A DNA stretch of 63,995 bases, filler included, from an uncultured Myxococcia bacterium (GCA_964617105.1; 14 parts of 14 records of this genome joined end to end with filler, not necessarily neighbours in it); one strand, 5' to 3'. Shown: positions 40,288 through 50,457, numbered from the whole stretch's first letter. The notes: generated from the letters alone by a model not told the origin. Numbers and translations are program-made.

Positions 40288-41760
40288 ATGGTTAGCAAAT
40301 TAACCGTATCAAATATTGACCAAAACCTTCCCCAATGGTCTAACAATTTCCAACAGAATCTATTCCGGATAAAATCGACTAATCTTTTATCTACTCTATA
40401 TAACCGCCATTTAAATCAACCCGCTATCGTTGTAACTCCCGGACCAGGTCTGGATAAAAATATCTATCTATTAAAAAGATTTAAGCACCGTTTTAAGATT
40501 ATCTGCTCCGATATGGCCCTGTCAGCTCTTTTAGCAAGGGGAATAATTCCCGATTATGTGGTCACCGTGGATGGCGGTAATCAGATAAAAGAACTTTATC
40601 GCTATCATTATGAAACCGTAAATATTGCCCTCATTGCCATAGCTCATATATCCCCGGAGGTTTTGTCAATGTTCAGGGGACGAGAATATTTTTACCATAT
40701 ACCAATAAACCGTAGCCAATATGTTGAGTTGGTTAACCAGGTGCCGGGACTGACAAAAGTTCCAGGTGGCGGTAGCGTTACTCACACCGCCCTCTACTCA
40801 GCCCTTTTTATGGGTTGCCAACCAATTGTTCTGTTGGGTTTCAATTTTGCTTTTGATAATTATCGTTATTATGCCAGAGGAACCTATTTTGATCGACTCT
40901 ATGGCGCTGAAGATGAACAAACTTTTCAAAAGATGTTAAAGGGGGAATATCTATGGAAAGGATTAGTTCCGCAAAAAAATCTCCTCAGTCTTTCCAACCT
41001 ACCGGAAGAATATATCGCCAATCTGGCAGGATTGGACCGAATCCACTTTGAGGCTTGCCGTTCTGCCTGCGATGCAACTGTGCACTCCAGTAAAGTTCCC
41101 ACTTCTACCAAGATGATTTTTTTTAGAAAATGTGTACAGAACTTAATTGATCAATTTAAAGAGCAGAGAACGATAATCAATTCAACTGAAGGTGGGATTT
41201 TGTCTGAAGGAGAGAATAGTTCTTTTGAATCGCTCCCCTTTATCCAGGCGGTTTATCATTATGGTCTGAATCACCAGGAGTTATCTCTATACCAGGAAGC
41301 CCGGCGGGAGTTGGCAAAAAATGTCGACCGGGGAGCAGAAAAACTTGATCAACTATATCAGAGCAGTCCCGATTTGGTTGATCTGCCTTTAATGGTAGCC
41401 ATGGCCTATAAAGATAAGGGAAACCCGGAGAAGTTCCGGAAATATTTAGAGAAGATAATTGCCGAAAACCCTTATTTACCTGAGAGTTACCTGATGGCTG
41501 GCAAATATTATCTGGAGCAGGGAATGACCAGTGAGGCTTTGGCAAGTTTCCGCCGCTGCCTGGAGATTGAACCAGATTTTTACCCGGTTTATAAACATTT
41601 AGGATTTTTACTTATCGAAGAATATGCCGAATATGCTTTTGGCGTTGATTGCCTGTGCCGCTATTTGCAGTGTTGCCATAAATTTGAGGAGAGAAAAGCG
41701 ATAAATCAATTGATTGGCAAGATAAATCAAATGTTTAGAAATTCTGATCCAGTAGCTTGA
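40288..41760 (+). CDS. Maf/DUF115 (motility-associated factor glycosyltransferase-like) protein with C-terminal TPRs
   Basis: PGPGLDKN, GIIPDYVVTVD, GGSV....A..MGCQPIVLLG and INSTEGG motifs; TPR-like helices after about aa 330. Confidence 0.8.
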   Translation: MVSKLTVSNIDQNLPQWSNNFQQNLFRIKSTNLLSTLYNRHLNQPAIVVTPGPGLDKNIYLLKRFKHRFKIICSDMALSALLARGIIPDYVVTVDGGNQIKELYRYHYETVNIALIAIAHISPEVLSMFRGREYFYHIPINRSQYVELVNQVPGLTKVPGGGSVTHTALYSALFMGCQPIVLLGFNFAFDNYRYYARGTYFDRLYGAEDEQTFQKMLKGEYLWKGLVPQKNLLSLSNLPEEYIANLAGLDRIHFEACRSACDATVHSSKVPTSTKMIFFRKCVQNLIDQFKEQRTIINSTEGGILSEGENSSFESLPFIQAVYHYGLNHQELSLYQEARRELAKNVDRGAEKLDQLYQSSPDLVDLPLMVAMAYKDKGNPEKFRKYLEKIIAENPYLPESYLMAGKYYLEQGMTSEALASFRRCLEIEPDFYPVYKHLGFLLIEEYAEYAFGVDCLCRYLQCCHKFEERKAINQLIGKINQMFRNSDPVA

Positions 41761-42459
41761 GCATCTTTTCACCTTTTTCTTTTATCCCTGATGCCAATGG
41801 AATAACTCTATCTTTCAGGCTTGCTTTTTTATCAATATGTAAGAATCGATGCACTTCGAATTTAAAGGTTTGTTGACTAAATTGGCAAGAGTCGATGAAT
41901 TTGAGCAAGGCAACGGCTTTTGGTTTCACATTGAAAGATTGTTTTGAAGGTTGGGGTGCTTCAAAGTAATCCAATAGTTCTGAGGAGGATTTTATAATTT
42001 CCGACAGTCGGGAGGCAAACACTTGACGACTTTTCAAAACTGCAGCAGAATGACCTTTTGGCAAAAATGACTTTTCTGGTTTTTTTATACGCTCTACATT
42101 ATGAAGGGGGTTGATTCTGTAAATATATTTATCCACCACTTCCGCTAGTTTCATATGCAAAGCATTTTTAATGAGCGCACCGTCCTCGGTAGCATTGATA
42201 ACCAGAAGGTCTTGGAGTTGTTTTTTGATGGTGAAAAAGGCATTTTCAAACCAGCCATGGTATGACTTAAGCGCTCTTGAAGTAAATAGTTTCTCACAAA
42301 AGAGTCCTGGAACGGTAAAAGCGCTTTCCTTTTCGGAGAGATTGCCATTTTGGTCAAAGTAGAGCAAATCGAAATCATCTTGATTAAAGTCAAATTGTAT
42401 ATCACCCCGGTAAGTGCCAGATGCATAGGTGCGGCCTCCTGAATAGGCCAAATCTTGTC
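41735..42459 (-). CDS. second Maf/DUF115-family protein, C-terminal part
   Basis: QDLAYSGGRTYASGT and VINATEDGALI motifs. Confidence 0.75.
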
Positions 42460-42559
42460 NNNNNNNNNNNNNNNNNNNNNNNNNNNNNNNNNNNNNNNNN
42501 NNNTTAATTAATTAANNNNNNNNNNNNNNNNNNNNNNNNNNNNNNNNNNNNNNNNNNNN

Positions 42560-43008
42560 CTCTGATTGCCCAGATGGCCTTGATTGCCTTGATCACCTTG
42601 GCTAGTATTACTATTCCCAGGTTTAACCAGTTTCATCTCCTCCTTGGGCAAAGGCACTTTATCAACCAATCCTGTCTCATGAGCCCAGACCAGAAATTGC
42701 CTGGTCACCCGGCGGATTTGCAACCTGGTGGGTTCAGCCATGGGGCGGTCCTTCACCTTGTTGGCCAGGTCGCTTTTGAAAAAACCGGCGATATGGGTGG
42801 GCAGGATTTTACTCATCTGCTTTTGCTCTCCCAGGTGTTTGATAACCAGTTTCAAAAGCCGGCCAATGGTGTTTATGGTGGACTCTTTTTTGCTTTGGCC
42901 TTTCAGGTATTCAAGATACTCGGGCAAGGCCTGGGTGATGGTTTTAGGGGCTGCTGTTTCAGTAATCGTGGTTTCAATAGTTGTGGATTCGATGGTCGTT
43001 TCGTTCAT
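42560..43008 (-). CDS. small phage protein resembling an integrase N-terminal SAM-like/core-binding domain; 3' partial
   Basis: TITQALPEYLEYL....KKESTINT...L.....G......I....I..F...RRVTRQFLVWA..GL, followed by a low-complexity tail rather than a catalytic domain. Confidence 0.65.
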
Positions 43009-43187
43009 GGCTCATCTCCTTTACTGGTAAGGGTTTTATGTCATCGACGTGTCCATGAATGCTTCCCTTTTGAAACAAGTCAAGTGATTAAAGTCGAAAT
43101 CGCAAATAAATTTTAACTAGTTAGCGGGGCTAGAGGAAATAAAGAAGTTAAAGGATTAACTGATTTGGAGAAGTAGGAGTTAAAAAA

Positions 43188-44741
43188 ATGTCAAGACCAA
43201 GAATGCCAATACACGAAATGGATAGAAGTAAAGTGACGGCCATATTAAAGGACCCGGTCAAGTGGGGGGAGTTCTTTTTGCTCAACCGGGACAAGTCCAG
43301 GCGCAAATACTGGGACCATCAAAAAAAGGATTTACAGTCCAATGCCAGTTTTATTGTCCACCGGGACGGTAGAGACACGGGAAAGACGGTTTCTTTGATC
43401 ACCCATCTCCTTCACTATTCCTTTACCACCAGGGGAGGCTCCGCTCTGGTAGCGGCGCCACACCAGGCCCAACTTGATACCCTGGTGGATGAGTTCGAGT
43501 TCCAACTGGAGAACTGTCCTGACTTACAGGCCAGTATCGCCAAAAACAAAACCGGTGTTCCCAAGGTGTTCAGAAAACCCTATTTCAAAGTGGAATTTGC
43601 CAATGGCACAGTTATCCACTTCAGACCGGGCGGCCCTTATGGAGAGGCATTTCGTTCATTACATGTGCAGATGCTCTATGTGGATGAGGCGGCTTTTATA
43701 ACGGACAAAGCCTGGAAAGCCCTGCGGATGTGCCTTTTGGGAGATGGCAGTATGAGGGTCTATTCCACTCCCAATGGTCTCCGGGGCTCGTATTACTACA
43801 AAGTAACCAAGTCTCCTGACTGGTATCTTTTTCATTGGCCTACCTGGATAACGCCCCATTGGAACAAGGAACGGGAGAGACATCTTTTGAGTTTCTACGG
43901 TGGCAAAGACACGGTTGACTGGCAGCATGAAATCGCTGGGGAACATGGCAAGCCCAGTTTTGGGGTTTTTAACATGGAGCAGTATTACCGCTGCATGGCA
44001 GAGGTAGTGGAGTATGGGCGGATTTTTATAACTGGCGAGCAGTTCAAGGATTGTGACAGTGAGAAAGAGATAAGGGAGCGGGTGGATACTCTGTTAAACC
44101 TGGCGGAACACACCGGCACCTATTACCTTGGCGGAGATCTGGGCTATACTTCCGATCCGACGGAACTGGTGCTGTTTGCATTGACTGGGGAGACTAATGA
44201 CATTTTGCGGATGGTATTGAGAGTCCATGCTGAGCATGTGTCCTACCCCATAATCAGTGAGTTGATAGCAGCGATAGACAGGAATTATCAGCCGATGGCT
44301 ATTGGCATTGACAAGGGAGGGAATGGCCTGGCGGTGATGCAGGAGTTACTCACTCTGGACAAGTTTGCCGATAATCGATTGGTCGACAAACTCCAGGGCT
44401 TTGACTTTGGCAGCACCACTATTATCGGTCAAAATGAATACGGCGCTCCGATTAAGAAACGGACCAAAGAGTATATGACCCAACTTATCAACTTTGCCCT
44501 GGCTAAACGGCTGGTGGTATTGCCTGGTGATGATAATGAGATAGAGGACCAATTTGCTGACCATACCTATCACATCGGCGAGCGGGGGATAATCTATTCC
44601 AAAGGTAAAGACCACATTATCGATGCTGTTAGGTGTGCCTTTTTGGCCCGAGACACCAATAGGCTGAAAGAGTTTACCGATAATGTTGAGGAAGTTTATG
44701 TCCCCTGTATGGCCACCGATCCAATCTTTCGGGGGAGATAG
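43188..44741 (+). CDS. phage terminase large subunit
   Basis: Walker A GRDTGKT, Walker B LYVDEAA, STPNG; RNase H-like nuclease GGDLG..SDPT, IGIDKGGNG, DHIIDAVRC. Confidence 0.9.
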   Translation: MSRPRMPIHEMDRSKVTAILKDPVKWGEFFLLNRDKSRRKYWDHQKKDLQSNASFIVHRDGRDTGKTVSLITHLLHYSFTTRGGSALVAAPHQAQLDTLVDEFEFQLENCPDLQASIAKNKTGVPKVFRKPYFKVEFANGTVIHFRPGGPYGEAFRSLHVQMLYVDEAAFITDKAWKALRMCLLGDGSMRVYSTPNGLRGSYYYKVTKSPDWYLFHWPTWITPHWNKERERHLLSFYGGKDTVDWQHEIAGEHGKPSFGVFNMEQYYRCMAEVVEYGRIFITGEQFKDCDSEKEIRERVDTLLNLAEHTGTYYLGGDLGYTSDPTELVLFALTGETNDILRMVLRVHAEHVSYPIISELIAAIDRNYQPMAIGIDKGGNGLAVMQELLTLDKFADNRLVDKLQGFDFGSTTIIGQNEYGAPIKKRTKEYMTQLINFALAKRLVVLPGDDNEIEDQFADHTYHIGERGIIYSKGKDHIIDAVRCAFLARDTNRLKEFTDNVEEVYVPCMATDPIFRGR

Positions 44742-44836
44742 AACTGGCAGACAGGGGCAATAGTGTAATAGTGCCAGATGTGAATGCACTGGTGTGTGGA
44801 GTTTGAGTAATTTTTTATTTTCATGGGAGGATAATC

Positions 44837-46288
44837 ATGACAACAATGAAGAGAACAGGCAGAAGAAATAGAACTAACGGCGCCAACCATCAAAATCAAA
44901 GACAGATGATGACGGCCGCAGCCCTGGACCCGGGGGTGTTTAGCCAGCAAACTGCTGGAGCGACCGTGCCGGAAAGGTGGATAGATGTGGCCCGTAAGGC
45001 GTGGGAATACTACCAAACTGAGCCGATAGTCTCCAATGCCATCAATTCCTGGCGGGTGTTTGCCCTGGGCGATGAGATCCAGGTCTCCTGCCAGGATGAA
45101 GATATTGAAAAGGAGGCAATGGAGATGTTCGGTCGGCTAAATCTGAATCGATTTGTCAAGGACATGGTGCTGCAACTCCTGGTCAAGGGTGATGCTATTG
45201 GCTATTTTAACCGCACCAATGATGGGACTGACATTGAGAAGGTGACCTGTGTAAATCCTATCTCAGTGGAGATGAAATTCGATAATGATGTTCTTCTAAA
45301 GGCTGTGCAAAAGCCTGGGCTAACTGCTTCTGGTTCAGGTTTAGGTTTGGGTTCCAGCTCTGGCGCTGGCTCTGGCTCAGGTTCCGGTGCCATAGTGACT
45401 GACCAGAATCAAAAGGAGATCAACCTGCTCCTCGACCAGTTGATCCATCAAAAGTGGAATGCCACCGAGTTTTGTTTGCGGGGCCATTCGATGATCCTGC
45501 CCGCCTTTGACTCCATAGAATTATTGCGGGACTACCGACGGGCGGAGCGGGCTATTGCCAAGAGATGGGCCACCCCTTTGCGCTTTATCCAGGTGGGTGG
45601 CTACTATGGCGACAAGTTAATCAAGCCTACAACCAGGATGATCGATGATATCCGCCAGGAGATGAACAAGTTGGATTTGGACTCGGGTTTGGTGGTGCCC
45701 TTTTTTGTCAAGGCGGAGACCTACGGCACTGACGGCGCTCTTGATACGGAGGGCAAGGTCAAACAGATTAAAGAGGACATCCTGGTGGCTCTGGGTATGG
45801 CGAGAAGCATTATCTCCGGAGATGGTCCCAACTTTGCCACTGCCAATATATCTATGCAGAAGATGGTTATAGGTTTAAAGGAGATAAAACAGAGAGTCCG
45901 GGAACTTTTGGACTGGGTATTTGGCGAGTGGAAAAGGCTGAAGGGATACGATGATGCTGAGATCAAATACCATTTCAACGACCTGGATCTGCACAATGAA
46001 ACCGATATCAAGAAGTTGTTTGTGGAAATGTATGACCGGGGGCTGATGTCTAAAAAGACGCTGCAGACCAAAATAGGTCTTGATCCGGCGGTAGAAGATA
46101 ATGGTAAAAGCCAGGAGAACGTAATCCTCGATACCAATTGGAGTGTGCAGGATATTGTCCAATTGGTTTCGCTGGGGATACTGACATCCTCGGAGGCCCG
46201 GCGGATGCTGGGATTGAAAGGGGATGGTGAAATAGAGGATGAAGCCGGCGCCACTGAGGCGATTTACCAGCAGGCGGGGAATCAATAA
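44837..46288 (+). CDS. phage portal protein
   Basis: Directly after the terminase; typical size; EPIVSNAIN, LLVKGDAIGY and RGHSMI portal-like segments. Confidence 0.75.
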   Translation: MTTMKRTGRRNRTNGANHQNQRQMMTAAALDPGVFSQQTAGATVPERWIDVARKAWEYYQTEPIVSNAINSWRVFALGDEIQVSCQDEDIEKEAMEMFGRLNLNRFVKDMVLQLLVKGDAIGYFNRTNDGTDIEKVTCVNPISVEMKFDNDVLLKAVQKPGLTASGSGLGLGSSSGAGSGSGSGAIVTDQNQKEINLLLDQLIHQKWNATEFCLRGHSMILPAFDSIELLRDYRRAERAIAKRWATPLRFIQVGGYYGDKLIKPTTRMIDDIRQEMNKLDLDSGLVVPFFVKAETYGTDGALDTEGKVKQIKEDILVALGMARSIISGDGPNFATANISMQKMVIGLKEIKQRVRELLDWVFGEWKRLKGYDDAEIKYHFNDLDLHNETDIKKLFVEMYDRGLMSKKTLQTKIGLDPAVEDNGKSQENVILDTNWSVQDIVQLVSLGILTSSEARRMLGLKGDGEIEDEAGATEAIYQQAGNQ

Positions 46289-46300
46289 AGGAACATTTTG

Positions 46301-47094
46301 ATGCAGATACAAAGGGCAGCGGCAAAACTAAAGACCCAGGCCCGGACCAGGGAATTGGGTGAGATAGTAGAAAAAATCAGAGCCGGTCAGGACAGGTTGA
46401 CCAAAAAGCAGGTAAAAGAACTGGAAGCCTTCCTGGCCCTGGCTGCTCAAAAAATCAAGGAGCAGATCTATCACTTTGAGGAAATGGCCCTGGTGGCGGC
46501 GCCATCTCCCTTATCGCAGAACCAGGCTGTGCCAATGCGGCTGGCCTATTTGCCGACCCTAAAGGAGGTTGTTGACCAGGTGGCCAGCGAACTATCGGGA
46601 GAACTGGCCACCATAACCCCGGTCCAGACCGAAGAGGTTATCAAATCGGGGATTGCCAGTGGCATTATGGAGTTCAAACATCACCGGGTCTCCGGGTTTA
46701 CCGGGCTGAAAACTGATGAAATCATCGGCCTGGTGGAGAGCCTGCTTCCCGGAGTGGATACCGATGCGCTGCTATTCTTGCAGAACTACCGGATCCAACT
46801 TATGGGTAACCTGTCGGAGCAACTTTGTCATGATATCAAGATGCGGATATCTGGTGGAATGATAAGCGGCAAAAACACTCCCCAGGTAGTGCGGGTGATC
46901 GGCCGGGTGATAAAGGACAAGGAGGCTTTCCGGCGGGCGGGCAAGACCGTGTTCAAAAGCGCCCAGCAGCGGCTGATGCTGATCTGCCGGACTGAAATCA
47001 ACCGGGCCCACAACAACGGCCGCCTGCACTTTTACAAAGAGGCCGGGGTCAAGAAAGTCAAGTGGTGGGCGGCCCTGGACAGGCGTTGCTGCCC
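46301..47094 (+). CDS. phage minor head protein (SPP1 gp7/Mu F-like); 3' partial
   Basis: RLMLICRTEINRAHNNG...GVKKVKWWAALDRRCC motif; follows the portal gene. Confidence 0.85.
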
Positions 47095-47195
47095 NNNNNN
47101 NNNNNNNNNNNNNNNNNNNNNNNNNNNNNNNNNNNNNNTTAATTAATTAANNNNNNNNNNNNNNNNNNNNNNNNNNNNNNNNNNNNNNNNNNNNC

Positions 47196-47627
47196 CAACT
47201 TAACTGCGACCCTTTTCATGAGGCATCCAACTTACCGGATCTGCTGGGTCTGCGCCTTATAGGTTTCTATACTGTAAATAATGTTCGGGGCCTACTGCCT
47301 CGGATTGGACAACGAGAAATTCTTGAACTTTTTGGTGCTGATCTGAATTCTCCAATACTGTCTTGTGATAATCTTCTTGAAGCTGCTGCTGCGGCTGGAG
47401 GACTGCCAAATCTGGAGGGAAGTTCCAAAGAAATAATTGCAGTCCGTTGTGCAGCATTGCAAGTGATAGGTAATAATTTTAATCTCACCAACGCCAAAGT
47501 GGGAAAGTTGCTTGGACTCAGCCAGCGAACCGTATTTAGATTACGCAAACAGACTGTTTCCCCAAATTTAGTTCGGGCAGTTGAACTTCAACTTCGTATC
47601 CGCCAAAACTCGGGAGAAGGGGATTGA
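47196..47627 (+). CDS. 5'-partial protein ending in a helix-turn-helix, possibly the tail of a REP-associated (Y1/RAYT-like) transposase; not in the ORF track
   Basis: 143 open codons from the contig edge: ...DPFHEASNLPDLLGLR...LTNAKVGKLLGLSQRTVFRLRK...; the TGA overlaps the next start codon. Confidence 0.5.
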   Translation, partial: QLNCDPFHEASNLPDLLGLRLIGFYTVNNVRGLLPRIGQREILELFGADLNSPILSCDNLLEAAAAAGGLPNLEGSSKEIIAVRCAALQVIGNNFNLTNAKVGKLLGLSQRTVFRLRKQTVSPNLVRAVELQLRIRQNSGEGD

Positions 47628-49567
47628 AAAAAATAATAATCAGACTGGCTATATCCTTAACTATTGTATCAATGCTTATTTTTTTGGTAACCAGGCTGGA
47701 GCCCAATCAGGATTACCTTAGGGGCAAGGCCTATGACAACGCCCAGAAGCAACTTGCCAAATATGCCCAAAAAGAGGGCATCGAAACTATTGTCGATTTT
47801 TGTTCCCAGCATAAACCGGGTCGATTTGGTTTAAAATCAACTGATCAGATAAAATTTATCCCTCCGGGCTGGGCGCAGGAATTGCCCTCCATCGGCTCTA
47901 CTCTTTATTCCCTTTATTGCCAGCAATTGGAGGATGGTATTCAACTTCAATTGAAACCAACAAGTATAGAGAGTGAGCCTGCCATAAACATCAAAGGCCG
48001 GATGGCAAATATCTATTCTATCCTGCCTCCTTTGGCCGCTATCGTGGTGGCTTTGGTTTTCCACAAACTCCTTTGGGCCCTTCTGTTCGCCATTTGGCTG
48101 GGAGCAGTTATCTCTCACGGTATCAACCCCCTTCACTTCTTGCCGGCCATGGCGGTTGATTATATCTGGGAATCAGTGGCAGATGAGTTTAAGATCCATA
48201 TTTTTATTTTCACCACCTCTTTAATCGGCATGGTAAATGTGATCTCCCGTTGCGGTGGCACCAGGGGATTGGTGGATCTGGTAACCCGTTTTGCGTCTAC
48301 CAGGCGTAGCACCAGGGTAGCCACCGTGTTGATGGGCTTTTTGGTATTTTTTGATGATTACGCCAATACCATAATAGTTGGAACCACTGTTAGACCTTTA
48401 ACCGATAAAATGTCCATTTCCCGGGAAAAATTAGCCTATCTGGTGGATTCCACTGCTGCTCCAGTGGCGGGATTGGCCATTATCAGCACCTGGATCGGTT
48501 ATGAAGTGAGCCTGTTTGCCGATGTCTCCGCCCAACTGGGGCTTAACCAAAGCGGTTATTCCCTGTTTTTCAGCGCACTTCCCTTTAGGTTCTACTGTAT
48601 ATTCACCCTGTTTTTTATTTTGTATATGCAAATAATAAGACGGGATTACGGCCCCATGTACCGAGCGGAAAAACGGGCCCAGCAGGGCCAGTTGATGGCC
48701 CCAGGCGCAGTACCCCTGACCTCTGCAACCTTTACCAATATTAGTATCAAAGATGGCGCTCCCTGCCGCTGGTACAATGCCATCATCCCAGTGGCGGTGA
48801 CCCTGGTCGGCACTGTGCTGGGCATGCTGTACAGCGGTGAAGGATTTACCCGGCTGGTTGAAACTCCTATGGCGTTTTTTACTCTGGACTTATGGCAGCA
48901 GAGTTTTTCTGAGGCTGACAATGCCAAAGTGATGGCCTATTGTGCCCTGTTGGGATCTGCCCTGGCCATAGGCCTGGCAGTTGGCCAAAAGATCCTGACC
49001 GTGGGCGAAAGCCTCAAAGCCTGGGCAGCCGGGGTTCGAGCCATGTCGCTGGCAGTGGCAATTTTGACTCTGGCCTGGTCTATGGGGTCGGTATGCAGCC
49101 AGTTGCAGACCGCTCATTTTTTAGTAGCCCTTTTGCAGGACAATGTTCCTTTGGTAGTTTTGCCCCTGGCTATTTTTATCCTGGCCGGCCTGGTGGCTTT
49201 TTCCACCGGCACCTCCTGGGGAACCATGGCAATTTTGATCCCCACCGCCATCCCCCTGGTTTACGCCATCTCTGGCGTTGAAAACCAGGCCGTAATCTTT
49301 CTCAGCCTGGCCGCGGTTTTAGATGGGGCCATTTTTGGTGATCACTGCTCCCCTATCTCCGATACCACCATCATGTCTTCCATCGCTACCTCGTGTGACC
49401 ATTTGGATCACGTCCGAACCCAAATCCCCTATGCCATGACCTGCATGATTGCTGCGGCTTTGTGCGGTTATCTTTGCTTTGCTCTCACCAGTCAGGGGGT
49501 ACTCTCCTATGTTCTGGGATTTACTTTATTGGCAGGTACAGGATTGATTCTGGGAAAGAAGGTGTAG
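47624..49567 (+). CDS. Na+/H+ antiporter NhaC family protein
   Basis: FFDDYAN, ISREKLAYLVDSTAAP, FSTGTSWGT and FGDHCSPISDTT motifs. Confidence 0.93.
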   Translation: MKKIIIRLAISLTIVSMLIFLVTRLEPNQDYLRGKAYDNAQKQLAKYAQKEGIETIVDFCSQHKPGRFGLKSTDQIKFIPPGWAQELPSIGSTLYSLYCQQLEDGIQLQLKPTSIESEPAINIKGRMANIYSILPPLAAIVVALVFHKLLWALLFAIWLGAVISHGINPLHFLPAMAVDYIWESVADEFKIHIFIFTTSLIGMVNVISRCGGTRGLVDLVTRFASTRRSTRVATVLMGFLVFFDDYANTIIVGTTVRPLTDKMSISREKLAYLVDSTAAPVAGLAIISTWIGYEVSLFADVSAQLGLNQSGYSLFFSALPFRFYCIFTLFFILYMQIIRRDYGPMYRAEKRAQQGQLMAPGAVPLTSATFTNISIKDGAPCRWYNAIIPVAVTLVGTVLGMLYSGEGFTRLVETPMAFFTLDLWQQSFSEADNAKVMAYCALLGSALAIGLAVGQKILTVGESLKAWAAGVRAMSLAVAILTLAWSMGSVCSQLQTAHFLVALLQDNVPLVVLPLAIFILAGLVAFSTGTSWGTMAILIPTAIPLVYAISGVENQAVIFLSLAAVLDGAIFGDHCSPISDTTIMSSIATSCDHLDHVRTQIPYAMTCMIAAALCGYLCFALTSQGVLSYVLGFTLLAGTGLILGKKV

Positions 49568-49611
49568 GGGTGAATAACAGTTGAGAGAGATCTCAAATCC
49601 ACCCATTTTTC
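49568..49611 (+). terminator. putative intrinsic terminator between convergent genes
   Basis: GGGTG...TTGAGA-GAGA-TCTCAA...CACCC followed by a T-run. Confidence 0.4.
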
Positions 49612-49632
49612 TTGGGATTTCAGGAGGAAAAT

Positions 49633-50457
49633 CTATTCGCTTTTAGATAGGTCAATATCTGGATAGAGTTCTTTAACACATTCAGGACAGATGCTGTGGG
49701 TAAAATCCTGGTTGGCGTGTTTGGAAAAATATTCTTCAACTTTTTCCCAAAGACCCTGATCAGAACGGATATTTTTACAGTGCGCACAAATAGGCAAAAG
49801 ACCCTGGAGAGTATTAATCTCTTCATAAGCCTCTTTTAGTTTACTGTGGATAAGACTATTTTTTACTGCCATCCCCACCTGTTCACCGATCATTTCAAAA
49901 AAATAGATAAGATCTTCGGTAAACATATTTTTTCTTAAATCGTTAAACTGAATCAGTCCAATAATTTCTCCCGCTGTTTTAATGGGGAAAAGCCCAACTG
50001 ACTCATAACCGCAGGAATTGCAATAATTTCTAGTATGGGTTTGGCGATCTTCATCAGAGGTTGAGGCCAATAAGGCGGTGGTGTGATTGGACCAGAAGCT
50101 CCCGTTTTCAGTAAAAAATGGAAAACTTGGGTCAAATCTTCCCTTGATGATATTGCCGCACATACATTCTAAAAGAGGTTCCGAACTATTGGGCTCAGTT
50201 ATAATTTCACCATGTTTATCTTTTGAGCACAGGCTGTTTTCATGCTTAATAAAGGATTCTGGAAAACCATCATAGGTAAAATAGGGATAGTCGCCATCAT
50301 CGTGCAGCCGGATACTTATCGCCTGAAAATCGGTATAGGTTTTCAAATGGTCAAGGATGGTGATTAAAACCGGCCTAAGATCGGTGAAGTTATTGAGTTC
50401 TGAACAAATAATCCTGGCCATTATTTCCCGCTCTATTAATCGGTCTAATTTTTCCAT
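49633..50457 (-). CDS. GAF-domain sensor with C-terminal Cys motif (LPICxxCKxIR...THSICPEC)
   Basis: ECMCGNII.GRFDP..PFFT..GSFW.N and GYESVGLFPI motifs; no kinase or cyclase output domain. Confidence 0.8.
   Translation of the reverse strand: MEKLDRLIEREIMARIICSELNNFTDLRPVLITILDHLKTYTDFQAISIRLHDDGDYPYFTYDGFPESFIKHENSLCSKDKHGEIITEPNSSEPLLECMCGNIIKGRFDPSFPFFTENGSFWSNHTTALLASTSDEDRQTHTRNYCNSCGYESVGLFPIKTAGEIIGLIQFNDLRKNMFTEDLIYFFEMIGEQVGMAVKNSLIHSKLKEAYEEINTLQGLLPICAHCKNIRSDQGLWEKVEEYFSKHANQDFTHSICPECVKELYPDIDLSKSE

Larger units (their letters stand above)
42560..47094. mobile_element. prophage/phage fragment (packaging and head module)
   Basis: Terminase-portal-minor head gene order fills the whole contig. 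Confidence 0.88.

Noticed and set aside
44739-44763. GACAGGGGCAATAG after the terminase stop as another miniature-element end
   Set aside because: Only a ~13-nt imperfect match with no partner arm, compatible with chance.
47267-47548. Minus-strand ORFs 47267-47548 and 47257-47457
   Set aside because: They are shadows of the longer + strand frame 47196-47627, which has a recognisable HTH.
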